Source: Tolypothrix carrinoi HA7290-LM1
GTDB lineage: Bacteria > Cyanobacteriota > Cyanobacteriia > Cyanobacteriales > Nostocaceae
Direction of reading: 5' to 3'
NCBI GenBank assembly: GCA_019358935.1
Contig: JAHHIK010000021.1
Location: 1-64,000, forward strand
DNA: 64,000 nt
The notes under the pieces were generated by a model, which worked only from the letters and a program-made list of their open reading frames with translations, did no database searches and was not told where the DNA came from. Of the stretch, positions 32,045 to 43,584 are shown piece after piece (within the stretch, counting starts at the first letter, position 1; each line of letters opens with the position of its first letter). The position numbers were made by a program, and so were the translations under genes.

Positions 32045-32539
32045 ATGGTTAGCTTAATTAATTCCCCAGACAGCACGACAAACTACACAGCAGCTATTAA
32101 AAGGCTGGCACGGGCAATTATGATGGCTGATGGAGAGTTTTCACTACTGTTAGCGTCCTGCGATGTCAAAAGGCAACAGCAAATAGTCAGCCATTTAGAA
32201 GAATTTTCCTCAGCAGATATCCGAGAAGTCCTGATTCCACCTTGCGCTAAGACACTTTATACACCCTTAAGAGACGCGATCGGCACTACTTTTCCCGAAG
32301 CTTTGATAGTCAGAGGTTTAGAATCGGTGGTAGAAATTAATCAACTCATCATCTCTACCAATCTCATGCGAGATGAGTTTAGAAAACAGTTTCCCTTTCC
32401 AGTAGTGCTGTGGGTTAATGATGAAATTGTGCGAAAGCTAGTTTGGTTAGCGCCCGATCTCAAAGACTGGGCAGGTAGTACTATTAGATTTGATGCGCCA
32501 AATCATGAGTTTCTCGATCGTACAGCACGTTCTGCGTGA
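32045..32539 (+). CDS. Hypothetical protein, stand-alone N-terminal domain of cyanobacterial STAND/WD40 NTPases
   Basis: GEFSLLL...GLES...NLMRDEFRKQFPFPVVLW...APDLKDW. Confidence 0.7.
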   Translation: MVSLINSPDSTTNYTAAIKRLARAIMMADGEFSLLLASCDVKRQQQIVSHLEEFSSADIREVLIPPCAKTLYTPLRDAIGTTFPEALIVRGLESVVEINQLIISTNLMRDEFRKQFPFPVVLWVNDEIVRKLVWLAPDLKDWAGSTIRFDAPNHEFLDRTARSA

Positions 32540-32869
32540 TATCGTTAAAAAAGTCAATTTCCCGCTCGTTTGCAGCTTTAGTGGATTGTCGAAGCGCCAA
32601 AATCACCCTTCCGGGTAAGTCAATTGGGTGATGTGATTTGGCAAATATAAATCTAATGTAAAAGTTAGGAACTAATAGAACGTATAGCGGTGTCTATCTT
32701 CACATATACCACTGAAGAATGCCGTTAAGTTAATCCCAACTACTTATATTGTGGGATAATATACTTTTTTATCTTTATTCGCTAGCCTCGAAGTTTTTTA
32801 ACATTGAACTAGCGGTTAATGATTAATGGCTAATAAGTACTAATTAACCACTAAATTTTCACTCTAGCT

Positions 32870-34447
32870 ATGAAAACTATCCTTAAAGTTTATCTTACCA
32901 CAAATCAAGCACGAATTTTCACTGTTTTGATTTTGACTGGCTTTTTGTCGATTGGTAGCAATTTCACCCTCATGAAGAATGCTACCGCAACGCCTGCGAA
33001 CCTAATGGCAGAAAGCACAAATGAATTCATTAAAGAAAACCTGACAACAAACAACTTGCCGCGTCGAGTAGAAGCAGCGGTGCTGCGAGATGCATCAAAA
33101 AGATGGCAAATTTCCATCGAAGACCTGCAAATTGTTGAATCCACTCCCCGAACTTGGAATAATGGTTGCTTGGGAGTATCTCAACCAGGTGAAATCTGCA
33201 CCCAAGCGTTAGTTCCTGGTTGGAAGGTTGTGGTGTCTGACGGTAAACAAAAATGGGTTTATCACACCAATAGTAACGGACGTTTGTTACGGATAGCTTC
33301 TACCCATTCTCAGGGTAAGGAAGGAAAATTACCTTCTTCCGTGGAAAATGCTGTTTTCCAAGCTGCATCCCGACGTTTGAATCTGCCGATTTCTCAATTA
33401 ACTATCGTTCAGGCGAAACAGCGCACTTGGAATAATGGTTGTTTGAATCTAGCGCGTCCTGATGAGGGCTGTACGAGAGCGAGCGTCAACGGTTGGAAGG
33501 TTGTTGTAGGCGCAGTTGACCAAACTTTAGTTTATCATACCGATGCCTCTGGTTCTGTACTCAGGCTCAATGAAAAGAAGAGCGAAATCGCCGATAACGG
33601 AATTACACCTATAACGATTCCTAAAAGTGAGTTACCACCAGCTTTGAATAAGAATGTCATTTTTCGGCAAATCTCCAGTGGTGGTTTCTTTGCGAGAACC
33701 TACGAAACTGTATTGCTAAATGACGGACGCATCATCCGCTATGAAAAAGGTAAAGAAAACGATCTTGAACCTCAAGTTTGGCAGGTTTCTCCACAACAAT
33801 TGAAAGAATTTCAAAAATTGTTAGAAAAACAGAAATTAAGTGAGTTGCGAAATCTGAGTTACCCAGCAGCTCAAGGTTCTGCCGATTACATTACTTATAC
33901 AATCACTACCTCTGATGGTACGATTCAGTATAATGATGTCTCACGAAATAACTTACCCGAAAATTTGCAGACAGTCGTCAAAGCTTGGAATGATATTCGC
34001 AATATTGCGATCGCTAACCCAACTCCGGATGAAATTAAACCTTTACCTATTCCTGTAAGCGAGTTACCACCACAATTGGATCGCAATGTGGTTTTTCGAC
34101 AAATTTCTAGCGGTGGCTTTATCGGCAAAACCTACGAAACTATTTTACTTCGTGATGGGCGTTTGATGCAATACCGCATCGGTGATGCGAATGATTTCGA
34201 GCGTCGAGTTTGGCGGGTTTCTCAGCAAAAGGTGCGAGAGTTTCAACAAGTTCTCAAAGACCATAGATTCAATGAATTTGAGAATCTAAGTTACCCAGCC
34301 ACCAACGGTTCTGCTGATTATATCACATATACCGTCACCAGCGATGATACTACAGTTCGCTACAACGATATTTCTCAAAATAACCTACCCAAGAATTTAC
34401 AGGCAGTTGTCAAAGCTTGGAATCAAATTCGCAAAAGTTATCAGTAA
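32870..34447 (+). CDS. Exported hypothetical protein with 2+2 repeated domains
   Basis: Hydrophobic N-terminus; two WNNGCL..CT..GWKV repeats and two FRQISSGGF..SADYITYT repeats. Confidence 0.85.
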   Translation: MKTILKVYLTTNQARIFTVLILTGFLSIGSNFTLMKNATATPANLMAESTNEFIKENLTTNNLPRRVEAAVLRDASKRWQISIEDLQIVESTPRTWNNGCLGVSQPGEICTQALVPGWKVVVSDGKQKWVYHTNSNGRLLRIASTHSQGKEGKLPSSVENAVFQAASRRLNLPISQLTIVQAKQRTWNNGCLNLARPDEGCTRASVNGWKVVVGAVDQTLVYHTDASGSVLRLNEKKSEIADNGITPITIPKSELPPALNKNVIFRQISSGGFFARTYETVLLNDGRIIRYEKGKENDLEPQVWQVSPQQLKEFQKLLEKQKLSELRNLSYPAAQGSADYITYTITTSDGTIQYNDVSRNNLPENLQTVVKAWNDIRNIAIANPTPDEIKPLPIPVSELPPQLDRNVVFRQISSGGFIGKTYETILLRDGRLMQYRIGDANDFERRVWRVSQQKVREFQQVLKDHRFNEFENLSYPATNGSADYITYTVTSDDTTVRYNDISQNNLPKNLQAVVKAWNQIRKSYQ

Positions 34448-34602
34448 ATGGGAATTGGTAATTGCGAATTGGTAATTGGTAATTGGTCAAAGTAGGTCAT
34501 TGGGCATTGGGAATAAGAGATTCTTTCCATTACCTATTCCCCATTCCCCATTTTCTATTCCCCATTCCCCATTCCCCATTCCCCATTCCCCATTCCCCAT
34601 TC
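34447..34602. repeat. STRR heptamer cassette (AATTGGT / CCCCATT)
   Basis: Tandem 7-mers in opposed arms. Confidence 0.88.
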
Positions 34603-34749
34603 TCCGGTTTGTTTATCGACTTTTAGTAGTATTATATTTATATATTGTGATATAATATGCGGTGTAATTAATACCTCTAAGGATAGATGAGCGATCGCCG
34701 GGGAAATTCTCATCATATTTGGGTGCAAGTCGATCGTTCACCCCTGTCA

Positions 34750-36348
34750 TCACAGAAATCTGGAAATTCCTTCACTGCTCACTTGAAAGAAACTAATGAA
34801 ATCTTGACGGTCAGTGAGGCGAGGAAGTTTCATTTGACCTGGATTCCATTCACCCGCTTTAGTTTTTGTTACCATATATCGCTCAAACTCTCCTGCTGGT
34901 ACATTGATTACACGCAGAGGCTGAAGTACATTCGTTCTTCGTACTTCTTCATACAGGAAATTTGATTGGCATATAGATTGCTCTGTATCCGTTGCGAATT
35001 TCTCTAAATTATCTGGAAGAGTGGAAAAATCAACAGCAACAACGTAATGAGGAAATGGTTCAGTAATAGCCGCACATAAATACTCGCAATACACACAATC
35101 ATTCTTTTTTGCAGCTTCCTTCATAGCGACTGTTATGTGTTCTTCACTCATCTTTTCTGCTGATATATTTACTTCTTTACCCAGACGACGCGAGTAGACA
35201 AATAAAAATGGTTGAGTAGAAACTACTTTAATAATATCGCCGGGAATGTATGTGGTAAAACCTAGATAATTAGAGATGCAAAATACATACTCCTTGCCAG
35301 CTTTGACATCAGCTACTGTATATCTAGTTGGAGTATTTCTATTATGGAACTGCCAGTTGGTATACTCATCAATATCTAAAAATTCATAGAAAGCATTTTT
35401 AGGCAGCAGTACCATAGCTGGGTCGTGGATATCATACTGAAATCCATAGAAGCCTTCGGAACCGACATAAAACTGAAATATTATACTTTTTGGTAAATTT
35501 TTTTCTATCCAGTTTTGATATTGAAATGGGTTCACGCCTCCTAAGCTCAAGCATAATAAATTAGTCCAGATTTGAGAAATTTTCAGCTTGCCATCTTGAT
35601 AATAAAACTGTTCTAACTCCGCCGCACGTTTTGGATTTACCTCTGCCAAAGCGGGGAATAGTTTTCCATCAAAAGCATTTTCAAGCTGCTGGAGAAACAT
35701 TAATCCATAGGTGCTAACCCCACTCAAACGCGTGACATTTTTTTGTACATAATAAACCGCTATTTGGAGAATTCTCTCTTCCCAATCTGGAATCAGTTGA
35801 ATGTTGCGGGGAGGTGCAAACGGATTATCTGGAGGGCTGTTTTTTGCAAGCCAGCCGGTCATAAATCCTAGAGATTTTCTTGTGGCTCCAGTCCCTATCG
35901 TTCCACAATCACCGCTTGCATGTATGAAAAGACTTTCACCCTCTAATATTTTTAAAGCTTGAGAACCAACACGATAAATAAAACAATTTGTTGGTGCTGA
36001 ACTAGCAGCCCACAAATTATTTTCAAATTCTTGATTGTATGGAAATAGTTTAGGTGTTCCAGTTGTTCCTGAAGTTTGAATCCAGTGTGTCAGAGGGTCT
36101 GGAGAAAGTACATTGGTTTACCCTGCAATAATTCGCTCAACATACGGTTTTAAATCGCCGTAATGCTGAATAGGGGTTTGAGATTGAAAGTCTGCAATGC
36201 TTTGAATTGAGGCATAGCCCCTTTCTTCTCCAATCGCTGTATTTTTCAGTTTATTTAACATAGAAAGAAGGAAGCTTTCCTGCAACTCGAAAAGATTCTC
36301 ATATTCAGTAAGCCAAGCTTCCATTTCGGTTTTAATTTTTGAGTACAT
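34750..36348 (-). pseudogene. GH3-family acyl-acid amido synthetase with one premature stop
   Basis: WIQTSGTTGTPKLFP, YVGSEGFYG, FYEF, YIPGDII, GQMKLPRL. The two ORFs are in frame; TAA at 36118-36120. Confidence 0.85.
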
Positions 36349-36735
36349 AGTAAGTACCTATTTTGCGTTTTGTAGTAAGCGGACATAAAACAACGCGCTT
36401 ACTTCTATATGTAAAGTTTAGACTAGTCAGGAGTGCAAAACTCCAAATATTTACGGCGATTGATGTATATCAAATATAAGCGCACTCACCCAAAACTTGA
36501 GCAGGGAATTTATAGTATATTTGAACTAAAAATGTCACAAGGGCAATTCCCGGATGCGATCGCCTACGGTGGGCAGAACGCCTTGATGGAAACCCCTCGC
36601 GGTTGCCTTGCCTTGCAGTATCAGTAATTGGGTTTTAATTTCTAAAATAAAATTTTACTTGACAACTAGCTACGTCCTGCTCTCATCTGTAGTGCTAATA
36701 TACAACCAAAAGTTAGCACTTACTACATACTGCCA

Positions 36736-37230
36736 ATGTTTTATTATTTTGCGTATGGATCTTGTATGTGTCCGGTGGATTTGAAGCGATCGCTTGGTGA
36801 GAACACGCATCTTTATGTCGTCGGTGCGGCAACGCTAAAAAATTATAAACTGGGGTTTTATCGCTTTTCCCCGACGCGGAAATGTGGGGTTTTGGATGTG
36901 GTGAAAGATGCGAAAGCTAGCGTGACTGGTGTACTTTATCAGCTACCTTGGCGATTGAGCGATCGCCTCGATTTAAGAGAAGATGTACCTCATGGCGGTT
37001 ATCGGCAAGAATTGGTAGATATTCATTGCCAAAATCAAGTATACAAAGACGTTCGCACTTATGTAGTAGTTGAGAAGCTGACAGCGGAAGTTGCGCCTAA
37101 CGATTGGTATTTTAATATTGTTTTGCGGGGTGCTGTTACCTGCGGCTTACCAGAAGAATACTGCTGGAGTTTGTTTCATCATATGCACCAATTACAGCAA
37201 AGCAAGCGATCGGCTGATATTTGGGTGTGA
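36736..37230 (+). CDS. Gamma-glutamylcyclotransferase family protein
   Basis: YFAYGS, GVLY, LDLRE. Confidence 0.88.
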   Translation: MFYYFAYGSCMCPVDLKRSLGENTHLYVVGAATLKNYKLGFYRFSPTRKCGVLDVVKDAKASVTGVLYQLPWRLSDRLDLREDVPHGGYRQELVDIHCQNQVYKDVRTYVVVEKLTAEVAPNDWYFNIVLRGAVTCGLPEEYCWSLFHHMHQLQQSKRSADIWV

Positions 37231-37235
37231 CATTT

Positions 37236-37269
37236 GTAGTAAGCGCTGAAGCGCTTCAGCGCTTACTAC
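37236..37269. repeat. Perfect 34-bp palindrome (GTAG-type REP; possible bidirectional terminator)
   Basis: GTAGTAAGCGCTGAAGCGCTTCAGCGCTTACTAC between convergent genes. Confidence 0.8.
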
Positions 37270-37273
37270 GGGT

Positions 37274-37927
37274 TTACGACTTATGCGAGTGTGACTTTTC
37301 CGGCATGACAATATTATTAGAATTTGCCTTACCGTTTTTACCGTTGGTGTGTCCGTTATTATTGCGGGGATGGATTACACCATAGCCCCCGTGATTGCGT
37401 TCGTAAATGACATTAATTTCATCGGTTTCGCTATTGTGGAACATATAAAAGTCGTGTCCCACCAGTTGCAATTGTTCTAAAGCTTCGTCAACTGTCATTG
37501 GCGGCATGGAAAAATATTTAGTACGAACAACTTCTGAGGGTAATTCCGGAGTGCGATCGCCAATTAAATCTGTAACTACCTCTGGTTGCACTACTCCTTC
37601 TATCGTTACTTGAGCATTAGTTTTCTTATCTTGACGCCGTTCTTTGTATTTTCGCAGTTGACGGGCAATTTTATCGGCGACTAAATCAATACTGGCGTAC
37701 AAGTTCTCGCTGCTTTCCTCGGCACGGATGACGCTACCATTTGCATAAATAGTCACTTCAGCCGATTGTTTAGTATTATTTCGGGGATTGCGAGCAACAC
37801 TAAGGTGAACATCCACTTCGTTTGTTAAGTTTTGAAAATGACTTGCTGCCTTTTCAATTTTTTGATGCACATACTCCCGAATTCCATCGGTGATTTCGAT
37901 ATTTTTGCCGTGGATGACAAGCTTCAT
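37274..37927 (-). CDS. hpf: Ribosome hibernation factor (LrtA/long HPF)
   Basis: [32 protein letters not shown]. Confidence 0.96.
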   Translation of the reverse strand: MKLVIHGKNIEITDGIREYVHQKIEKAASHFQNLTNEVDVHLSVARNPRNNTKQSAEVTIYANGSVIRAEESSENLYASIDLVADKIARQLRKYKERRQDKKTNAQVTIEGVVQPEVVTDLIGDRTPELPSEVVRTKYFSMPPMTVDEALEQLQLVGHDFYMFHNSETDEINVIYERNHGGYGVIHPRNNNGHTNGKNGKANSNNIVMPEKSHSHKS

Positions 37928-38238
37928 CTTATATCTCCCGCTCAATGTTTGATGTGTATTTGGTTTGTTTGAAAGGAAATGACACTAAGGTTTATCACTA
38001 ACGCCAAAATAAATTGTGAACAGAATCGTACAAAGCGTTCTTTTTTTTCGTGGCGTGATGATTATTGCAGAGAATTCCTCCGAACACCATTGAGGTTATA
38101 TATTCAAGCTAGCACTTTGTATTTTCCAAAGTAGAAACCCTTGACTTTCCTTTAAAATCCTTTGCAAAGCTTGACAATTGTTGACTTTACATTGTGTATT
38201 TAAGCACTTTTTACTTCTTCTATCAGTTGATTTTTGGC

Positions 38239-38910
38239 ATGAACCGTAGTAATCCTCAGCCATATAACCGTTGTTTGGTATATAACCAAGCATTGATGGG
38301 ATACTCAGATGCTTTAGTGTGGCAGCGATCGCTTTTAAATGAACGCACATCAAACCCGAATCTCGATGACGTGTTAATATTGCTGGAGCATCCACCCGTC
38401 TACACTTTGGGACAGGGAGCCACAACAGAATTTCTCAAAGATATTGACAAAAGCACGCATGATGTGCATCGAGTCGAAAGAGGCGGCGAAGTTACTTACC
38501 ATTGTCCCGGTCAATTGGTAGGGTATCCAATTTTAAATCTGCAACGTTATTGCAAAGACTTGCACTGGTATTTGCGACAACTTGAATCCGTATTAATCCG
38601 CGTATTGGCAGTTTATGGATTGCAAGGCTCGCGCATTCCCGGTTTCACTGGTGTTTGGTTAGAAGGGCGTAAAGTAGCCGCCATTGGCATTAAAGTTAGC
38701 CGTTGGATTACTATGCACGGCTTTGCGTTAAACGTTTGTCCGGATCTGACAGGCTTTGAGCGGATTGTACCTTGCGGTATTGCTGATAAACCTGTAGGCA
38801 GTTTAGCTCAATTCATTCCTGGCATAACTTGTCAAGAAATACGCTCTTGTGTGGCAAAATCTTTTGCAGAAGTATTTAATGTGGAATTGATAGAAGCAGA
38901 GCATCCGTGA
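38239..38910 (+). CDS. lipB: Lipoyl(octanoyl) transferase
   Basis: [34 protein letters not shown]. Confidence 0.97.
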   Translation: MNRSNPQPYNRCLVYNQALMGYSDALVWQRSLLNERTSNPNLDDVLILLEHPPVYTLGQGATTEFLKDIDKSTHDVHRVERGGEVTYHCPGQLVGYPILNLQRYCKDLHWYLRQLESVLIRVLAVYGLQGSRIPGFTGVWLEGRKVAAIGIKVSRWITMHGFALNVCPDLTGFERIVPCGIADKPVGSLAQFIPGITCQEIRSCVAKSFAEVFNVELIEAEHP

Positions 38911-39004
38911 CAAGTTAAACTAGCGTACATAAAAGAGCGATCGCAACATCTCATTTTGTGCCAGGGTGCGAAAGTGTGGAACTCCGGCAGCTACTAAAAG
39001 CGGA

Positions 39005-39808
39005 TTACTTGTTGGCTGACCCAGGCTCACTGAGCTTGCGGTGCTGTTCGGCATTGACGGTATCAGGCAAGACCTTGCTTACCGCGCCCTGAAGCTTCGT
39101 TTTGAGCGAACCTGCGATAATATCGTCCTTACCTGCCATCAGTGCCTCAAAACCTTGCTTGGCAACTTCTGCTGGGTCATCCTTTTTGTCCGTGCCCACT
39201 TTGGTGTCGTCCATCCCCGCACGGTGGAAGAAGTTGGTTTCGGTGGGTCCTGGCATCAGCGCGGTGACGGTGACACCTGTGTCCTTCAATTCGCTGCGTA
39301 ATCCTTCTGAGAACGAGTGCAGAAACGCTTTGGATGCTGCGTAGACCGCCTCAAACGGTCCGGGCATCAGGGCAGCGATGGACGACGTGAACAAAATGCG
39401 ACCTTTGCCGCGCTCAACCATGTCCTTCACCACCCGTTTGGCGAGATGGACAGAGGACACGACGTTCAGGTTGATGAGATTGAGCTCGTCCTTGAGGTCA
39501 GTTTCGCGGGCGAAATCGCCGCCAACACCGACACCCGCGTTGATAGCGATCGCATCCACTGGTCGGTTAGTTGCCTTTATCTTGTTGTAGAGCGTTTCGA
39601 CACCATCATAGGTAGCAAGATCGGCTTGCACCGTCTCTACCTTGACACCGAGCTCAACAAAGGCTTGAGCTGCTTCGTTGATGCTGGGTCCTGTGGCTGT
39701 AACGAGGAGATCAAAGCCGTTTTGGGCAAACTGTTTGGCGAGTTCGTAGCCAATACCGTTAGATGCACCTGTCACGACAGCCAGGGGTCGGGCTAATGAA
39801 TTGTCCAT
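39005..39808 (-). CDS. Short-chain dehydrogenase/reductase
   Basis: TGASNGIG, NAG, YAASK. Confidence 0.93.
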   Translation of the reverse strand: MDNSLARPLAVVTGASNGIGYELAKQFAQNGFDLLVTATGPSINEAAQAFVELGVKVETVQADLATYDGVETLYNKIKATNRPVDAIAINAGVGVGGDFARETDLKDELNLINLNVVSSVHLAKRVVKDMVERGKGRILFTSSIAALMPGPFEAVYAASKAFLHSFSEGLRSELKDTGVTVTALMPGPTETNFFHRAGMDDTKVGTDKKDDPAEVAKQGFEALMAGKDDIIAGSLKTKLQGAVSKVLPDTVNAEQHRKLSEPGSANK

Positions 39809-39850
39809 AACTGTTAAAACGCTATATGTGAGTGTTCCACGCTTGGAAAG

Positions 39851-39967
39851 CACGCCAGTTGCACGCGGCTGTGCTACAACGGAGGGAACCTCCCAACGGG
39901 AGAGCCACTACGAATAGACCCTACAGGCAACCGCGCCCGTGGACTCACCGCAACGCACTGGCTCCTC
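39851..39967. repeat. Composite nested small dispersed repeat
   Basis: GCCAGTT...GGAGGGAACCTCC...GCAACGCACTGGC shell with inserted modules; shares modules with 40261-40468. Confidence 0.75.
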
Positions 39968-40260
39968 AACAGAACTTTACCTTCCGAAGAAACGATGCCT
40001 GCGAACAAAGAAAGCCTTTGAGTCGTGACTTCAAAGAAAGCACGGCACTGGCTCGATACTTCCAACCGTCACAATCGTAAGGAGTCAACAGTATGATTGC
40101 GTCTTTCTAAAGAAGTATCGTTACTCTCAATAAAAGATGTTGCGGAAACTGTACAACGATCGCGTTCCATAGTATTCTTGTACTATTGTTTATCTGGTTT
40201 ACATGCTCGTTTGCGATCGCTTGATCATGCACAGGCGATCGCTTTCATTCAATTGGGAAT

Positions 40261-40515
40261 GGTGAGTCCAGCGCCCCTTCGGGGTTCGCCAGTCGCTCAT
40301 GGGGGAGACCCCCAAGACCGCGCTGGCTCACCGTGCGCGGGTTAAGAGCGTTGAGGAGCCAGTGCGTTGCGGAGCCAGCGCTGTGCGGAGGTCACGAACG
40401 TTGAGGCGACTGGCGTGGGGTTCCCCCCGTTGTAGCACAGCCGCGTGCGACTGGCTCTCCCGTTGGGGGAATTGGGAATGGGGAATGGGGAATTGGGAAT
40501 GGGTAATGGGTAATT
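40261..40515. repeat. Composite nested small dispersed repeats embedded in an STRR array
   Basis: Several GC-rich hairpin modules followed by GGGAATG/GGGTAAT heptamers. Confidence 0.75.
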
Positions 40516-40707
40516 AAATATGGATTTTGGACTTGTTTTCGCAACGGATGTAAAGTTTTTCCGGTTGGAGTAGGTAAAGCTGGCAATTATGTGATAAGTA
40601 AGACCATCTCTGGTTTAGGATTAAGGCTGGGGTTGTAAAAGCTAGAATGTGTTATTTGTAAGCCGTGACAACTAATATGTAAGCACAACTCAACCAAAAG
40701 AACTTAT

Positions 40708-40908
40708 GTGAATTATTCAACGAATCCAGAGGTATATGCTTCACTGTTAATGGCTATGAAAGAACGTGACTGGAAAGCAATGGTAGAATTGTTTGACAGA
40801 GAAGACGGTGATGAAATTGAAGCTGATATTAATAGCAAATTGCGGACGGTAATACCCGAACCGTGTTGGGAAGATGACACCTTTGACTTTTTGCGGGAGT
40901 ATCTTTAA
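40708..40908 (+). CDS. Small acidic hypothetical protein
   Basis: 66-aa ORF ending PEPCWEDDTFDFLREYL; start uncertain. Confidence 0.65.
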   Translation: MNYSTNPEVYASLLMAMKERDWKAMVELFDREDGDEIEADINSKLRTVIPEPCWEDDTFDFLREYL

Positions 40909-40939
40909 AAAGTGTTAGTTGTTAGTGGATAGGTAATTT

Positions 40940-41695
40940 TTAAACGGCGTTGAGACGACTGAGGAAGGTACGCAGCCTCGTGCTTTGAGGATGTGAGATG
41001 ACCTGAAAAGCTGGTCCTTGTTCGGCGACAATACCTTGATCCATAAATATCACCCGATGCGCGGCTTCTCGCGCAAACTGCATTTCATGAGTGACAACTA
41101 CCATTGTCATTCCTTCGGCTGCTAGTTGCTGCATGACTTGCAATACTTCACCGACAAGTTCTGGATCTAAGGCGCTGGTGGGTTCATCAAATAGGATAAT
41201 CTGAGGATTCATGCACAAACTACGAGCGATCGCTACTCGTTGTTTTTGTCCACCGGAAAGTTGTTCGGGATATGCGGATGCTTTGTCAAAAAGTCCGACT
41301 TTTTCTAAATACAACCCCGCTAGTTGAGCGCTTTCTTTCGGTGTTTTCCCTAATACTTTGCGCGGAGCAAGTGTCAAATTTTCTAGCACTGACAGATGGG
41401 GAAATAAATTGAATTGCTGGAAAACCATGCCTACCTGCGTCCGCAGTTGTCGCAGTTGTCGATTACTGAAATTTTGACTGTGTAGGTCAATACCATTAAC
41501 TGTTAGATGTCCTGCGTTAATTGTTTCTAAACGATTGAAGCAGCGTAGTAGAGTACTTTTACCACAACCAGAGGAACCAATAATTGCTACAACTTCGCCT
41601 CGGTTGATTTCACCGCTGATTCCTTTGAGAACTTTGAGGGAACCAAAGTTTTTCTCAATGTTGTCAAAAGTGATGGCGGGGATGGAATTATTCAT
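40940..41695 (-). CDS. Polar amino acid ABC transporter ATPase (GlnQ/BgtA-like)
   Basis: [24 protein letters not shown]. Confidence 0.95.
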   Translation of the reverse strand: MNNSIPAITFDNIEKNFGSLKVLKGISGEINRGEVVAIIGSSGCGKSTLLRCFNRLETINAGHLTVNGIDLHSQNFSNRQLRQLRTQVGMVFQQFNLFPHLSVLENLTLAPRKVLGKTPKESAQLAGLYLEKVGLFDKASAYPEQLSGGQKQRVAIARSLCMNPQIILFDEPTSALDPELVGEVLQVMQQLAAEGMTMVVVTHEMQFAREAAHRVIFMDQGIVAEQGPAFQVISHPQSTRLRTFLSRLNAV

Positions 41696-41816
41696 TTCCT
41701 TCGTTAACTACACTACAGGTAATCTGGTTTTAGTTTAGATGATTGTTGGTGAAAGTTAATTTTATTTAACGAACCGCAGAGAAGCAGAGGACGCAGAGGA
41801 AGAGAAGGGAGAGAAG

Positions 41817-43346
41817 ATGATGGTTTGTTGGAGGGTTGTTGTTTGGCTGCGGTTGAGTTTGGTTGTGAGTTTGAGCTGTTTGCTGTTGGTGCTTGGTGGT
41901 TGTAGTTTTAATAATGATGTTAGTGGTGGTCTTAAGACTTTAAGGGTGGCGAATGAACCGGCTTTTCCGCCTTTTGAGTTTAAGGGGGAGGGGGGTAAGT
42001 CGCAAGGTTTTTCGATTGATTTAATGAATGCGATCGCACAAGCGGCTAACTTTCAAGTTGAGTGGCAAAGTCTACCTTTTGATGGCATTATCCCGGCATT
42101 GCAAGCAAATACTGTTGATGCGGCGATTAGTTCTTTTACGATTACAGAGGAACGAGCGAAGACTGTTTCTTTTTCGCGTCCTTATTTTAAGGCGGGGTTA
42201 GCGATCGCTATCCGCGATAACAATAAAGATATTACTACTTTTGAGACTCTAAAAAATCAAAAAATTGCCGTACAAATTGGCACAACTGGCGGCAAAAAGG
42301 CTAAGGAAATTCCCGGAGCGCAAATTCGCAGCTTTGATTCTGCACCTTTAGCTTTGCAAGAATTAGTTAACGGTAATGTCGATGCTGTAATTAATGACGC
42401 TCCTGTTACTTTATACGCGATTAATACGGGCAATCTCAAGGGAATTAAAGTAGTTAGTCAATTACTGACAGAAGAATATTATGGCATTCCCACACCGAAA
42501 AACTCGCCCAATCTAAAACTAATAAACGATGGTTTAGATAGGGTGCTGCAAAATGGAACTTATTCCCAAATATACCAAAAATGGTTTAAAGTTGAACCGC
42601 CAGCGTTACCGTTGAAATTACCATTTCAAAATGAGACACGCGCTAGCGGTTCGGGAATATTGAGTTCAATTGGCGTAATTTTGCGGTATTTTCCCATTCT
42701 ATTACAGGGGGCACTAGTAACGCTGCAATTGACGATATTTTCTGTAGTGCTAGGTTTAATTGGCGGTTCTTTAATTGGAATTATCCGCCTTTCTCATATT
42801 ACACCAGTGCGTTGGCTAGCGAGGGCGTATGTAGATTTTTTCCGGGGAACTCCTTTGCTTGTACAAATTTTTATGATTTACTTTGGATTACCAGCGATCG
42901 CTCTTGAACTTGGTTTCCCTCTCAACTTTAATCGTCTTGCAGCAGCGATACTAGCATTAAGTTTAAATAGCGCTGCCTACATTGCGGAAATCGTCCGTGC
43001 TGGTATCCAATCAATTGAAGTTGGACAATCGGAAGCCGCACAATCACTAGGTTTGAGTTCAACAGAAACAATGCGCTATGTGATTTTTCCCCAAGCTTTG
43101 CGACGAATGTTACCACCTTTGGGCAATGAATTTATTAGTTTACTTAAAGATACTAGCTTAGTTGCTGTTATCGGCTTTGAAGAATTGTTCCGCCAAGGGC
43201 AATTAATTGTAGCAGAAAACTTTCGCCCCTTTGAAATTTATGCGTCTGTAGCGGTAGTTTACTTATGCTTGACACTGCTTTCTTCACAAGTGTTTAGTCG
43301 CTTAGAAACGTGGATGAATCCGGTTAAGCGATCGTCTAAATCTTGA
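41817..43346 (+). CDS. bgtB: Basic amino acid/glutamine ABC transporter, fused binding protein-permease
   Basis: PAFPPFE binding domain plus FRGTPLLVQ/EAA permease. Confidence 0.85.
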   Translation: MMVCWRVVVWLRLSLVVSLSCLLLVLGGCSFNNDVSGGLKTLRVANEPAFPPFEFKGEGGKSQGFSIDLMNAIAQAANFQVEWQSLPFDGIIPALQANTVDAAISSFTITEERAKTVSFSRPYFKAGLAIAIRDNNKDITTFETLKNQKIAVQIGTTGGKKAKEIPGAQIRSFDSAPLALQELVNGNVDAVINDAPVTLYAINTGNLKGIKVVSQLLTEEYYGIPTPKNSPNLKLINDGLDRVLQNGTYSQIYQKWFKVEPPALPLKLPFQNETRASGSGILSSIGVILRYFPILLQGALVTLQLTIFSVVLGLIGGSLIGIIRLSHITPVRWLARAYVDFFRGTPLLVQIFMIYFGLPAIALELGFPLNFNRLAAAILALSLNSAAYIAEIVRAGIQSIEVGQSEAAQSLGLSSTETMRYVIFPQALRRMLPPLGNEFISLLKDTSLVAVIGFEELFRQGQLIVAENFRPFEIYASVAVVYLCLTLLSSQVFSRLETWMNPVKRSSKS

Positions 43347-43347
43347 A

Positions 43348-43580
43348 GTTGATAGTTGATAGTTGATAGTTGATAGTTGATAGTTGATAGTTGATAGTGG
43401 AGAGTTGTTAGGTGATAGTTGATGGTGGAGAGTTGTTAGTTAATAGTTGATAGTTGTTAGGTGATAGTTGATGGTGGAGAGTTGATAGTTGAGTGTTCAA
43501 CTACCCACGCTCCCACGCTCCCACTATCCACTATCCACTATCCACTATCCACTATCCAATAACTACTAACAAATAACCAC
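43348..43580. repeat. Heptamer cassette (GTTGATA)n ... (CTATCCA)n
   Basis: Tandem 7-mers in opposed arms between convergent genes. Confidence 0.88.
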
Positions 43581-43584
43581 TTAC

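Noticed and set aside
43348..43580. Repeat arrays as possible CRISPR
   Set aside because: 7-9-bp tandem units with no unique spacers and no cas genes
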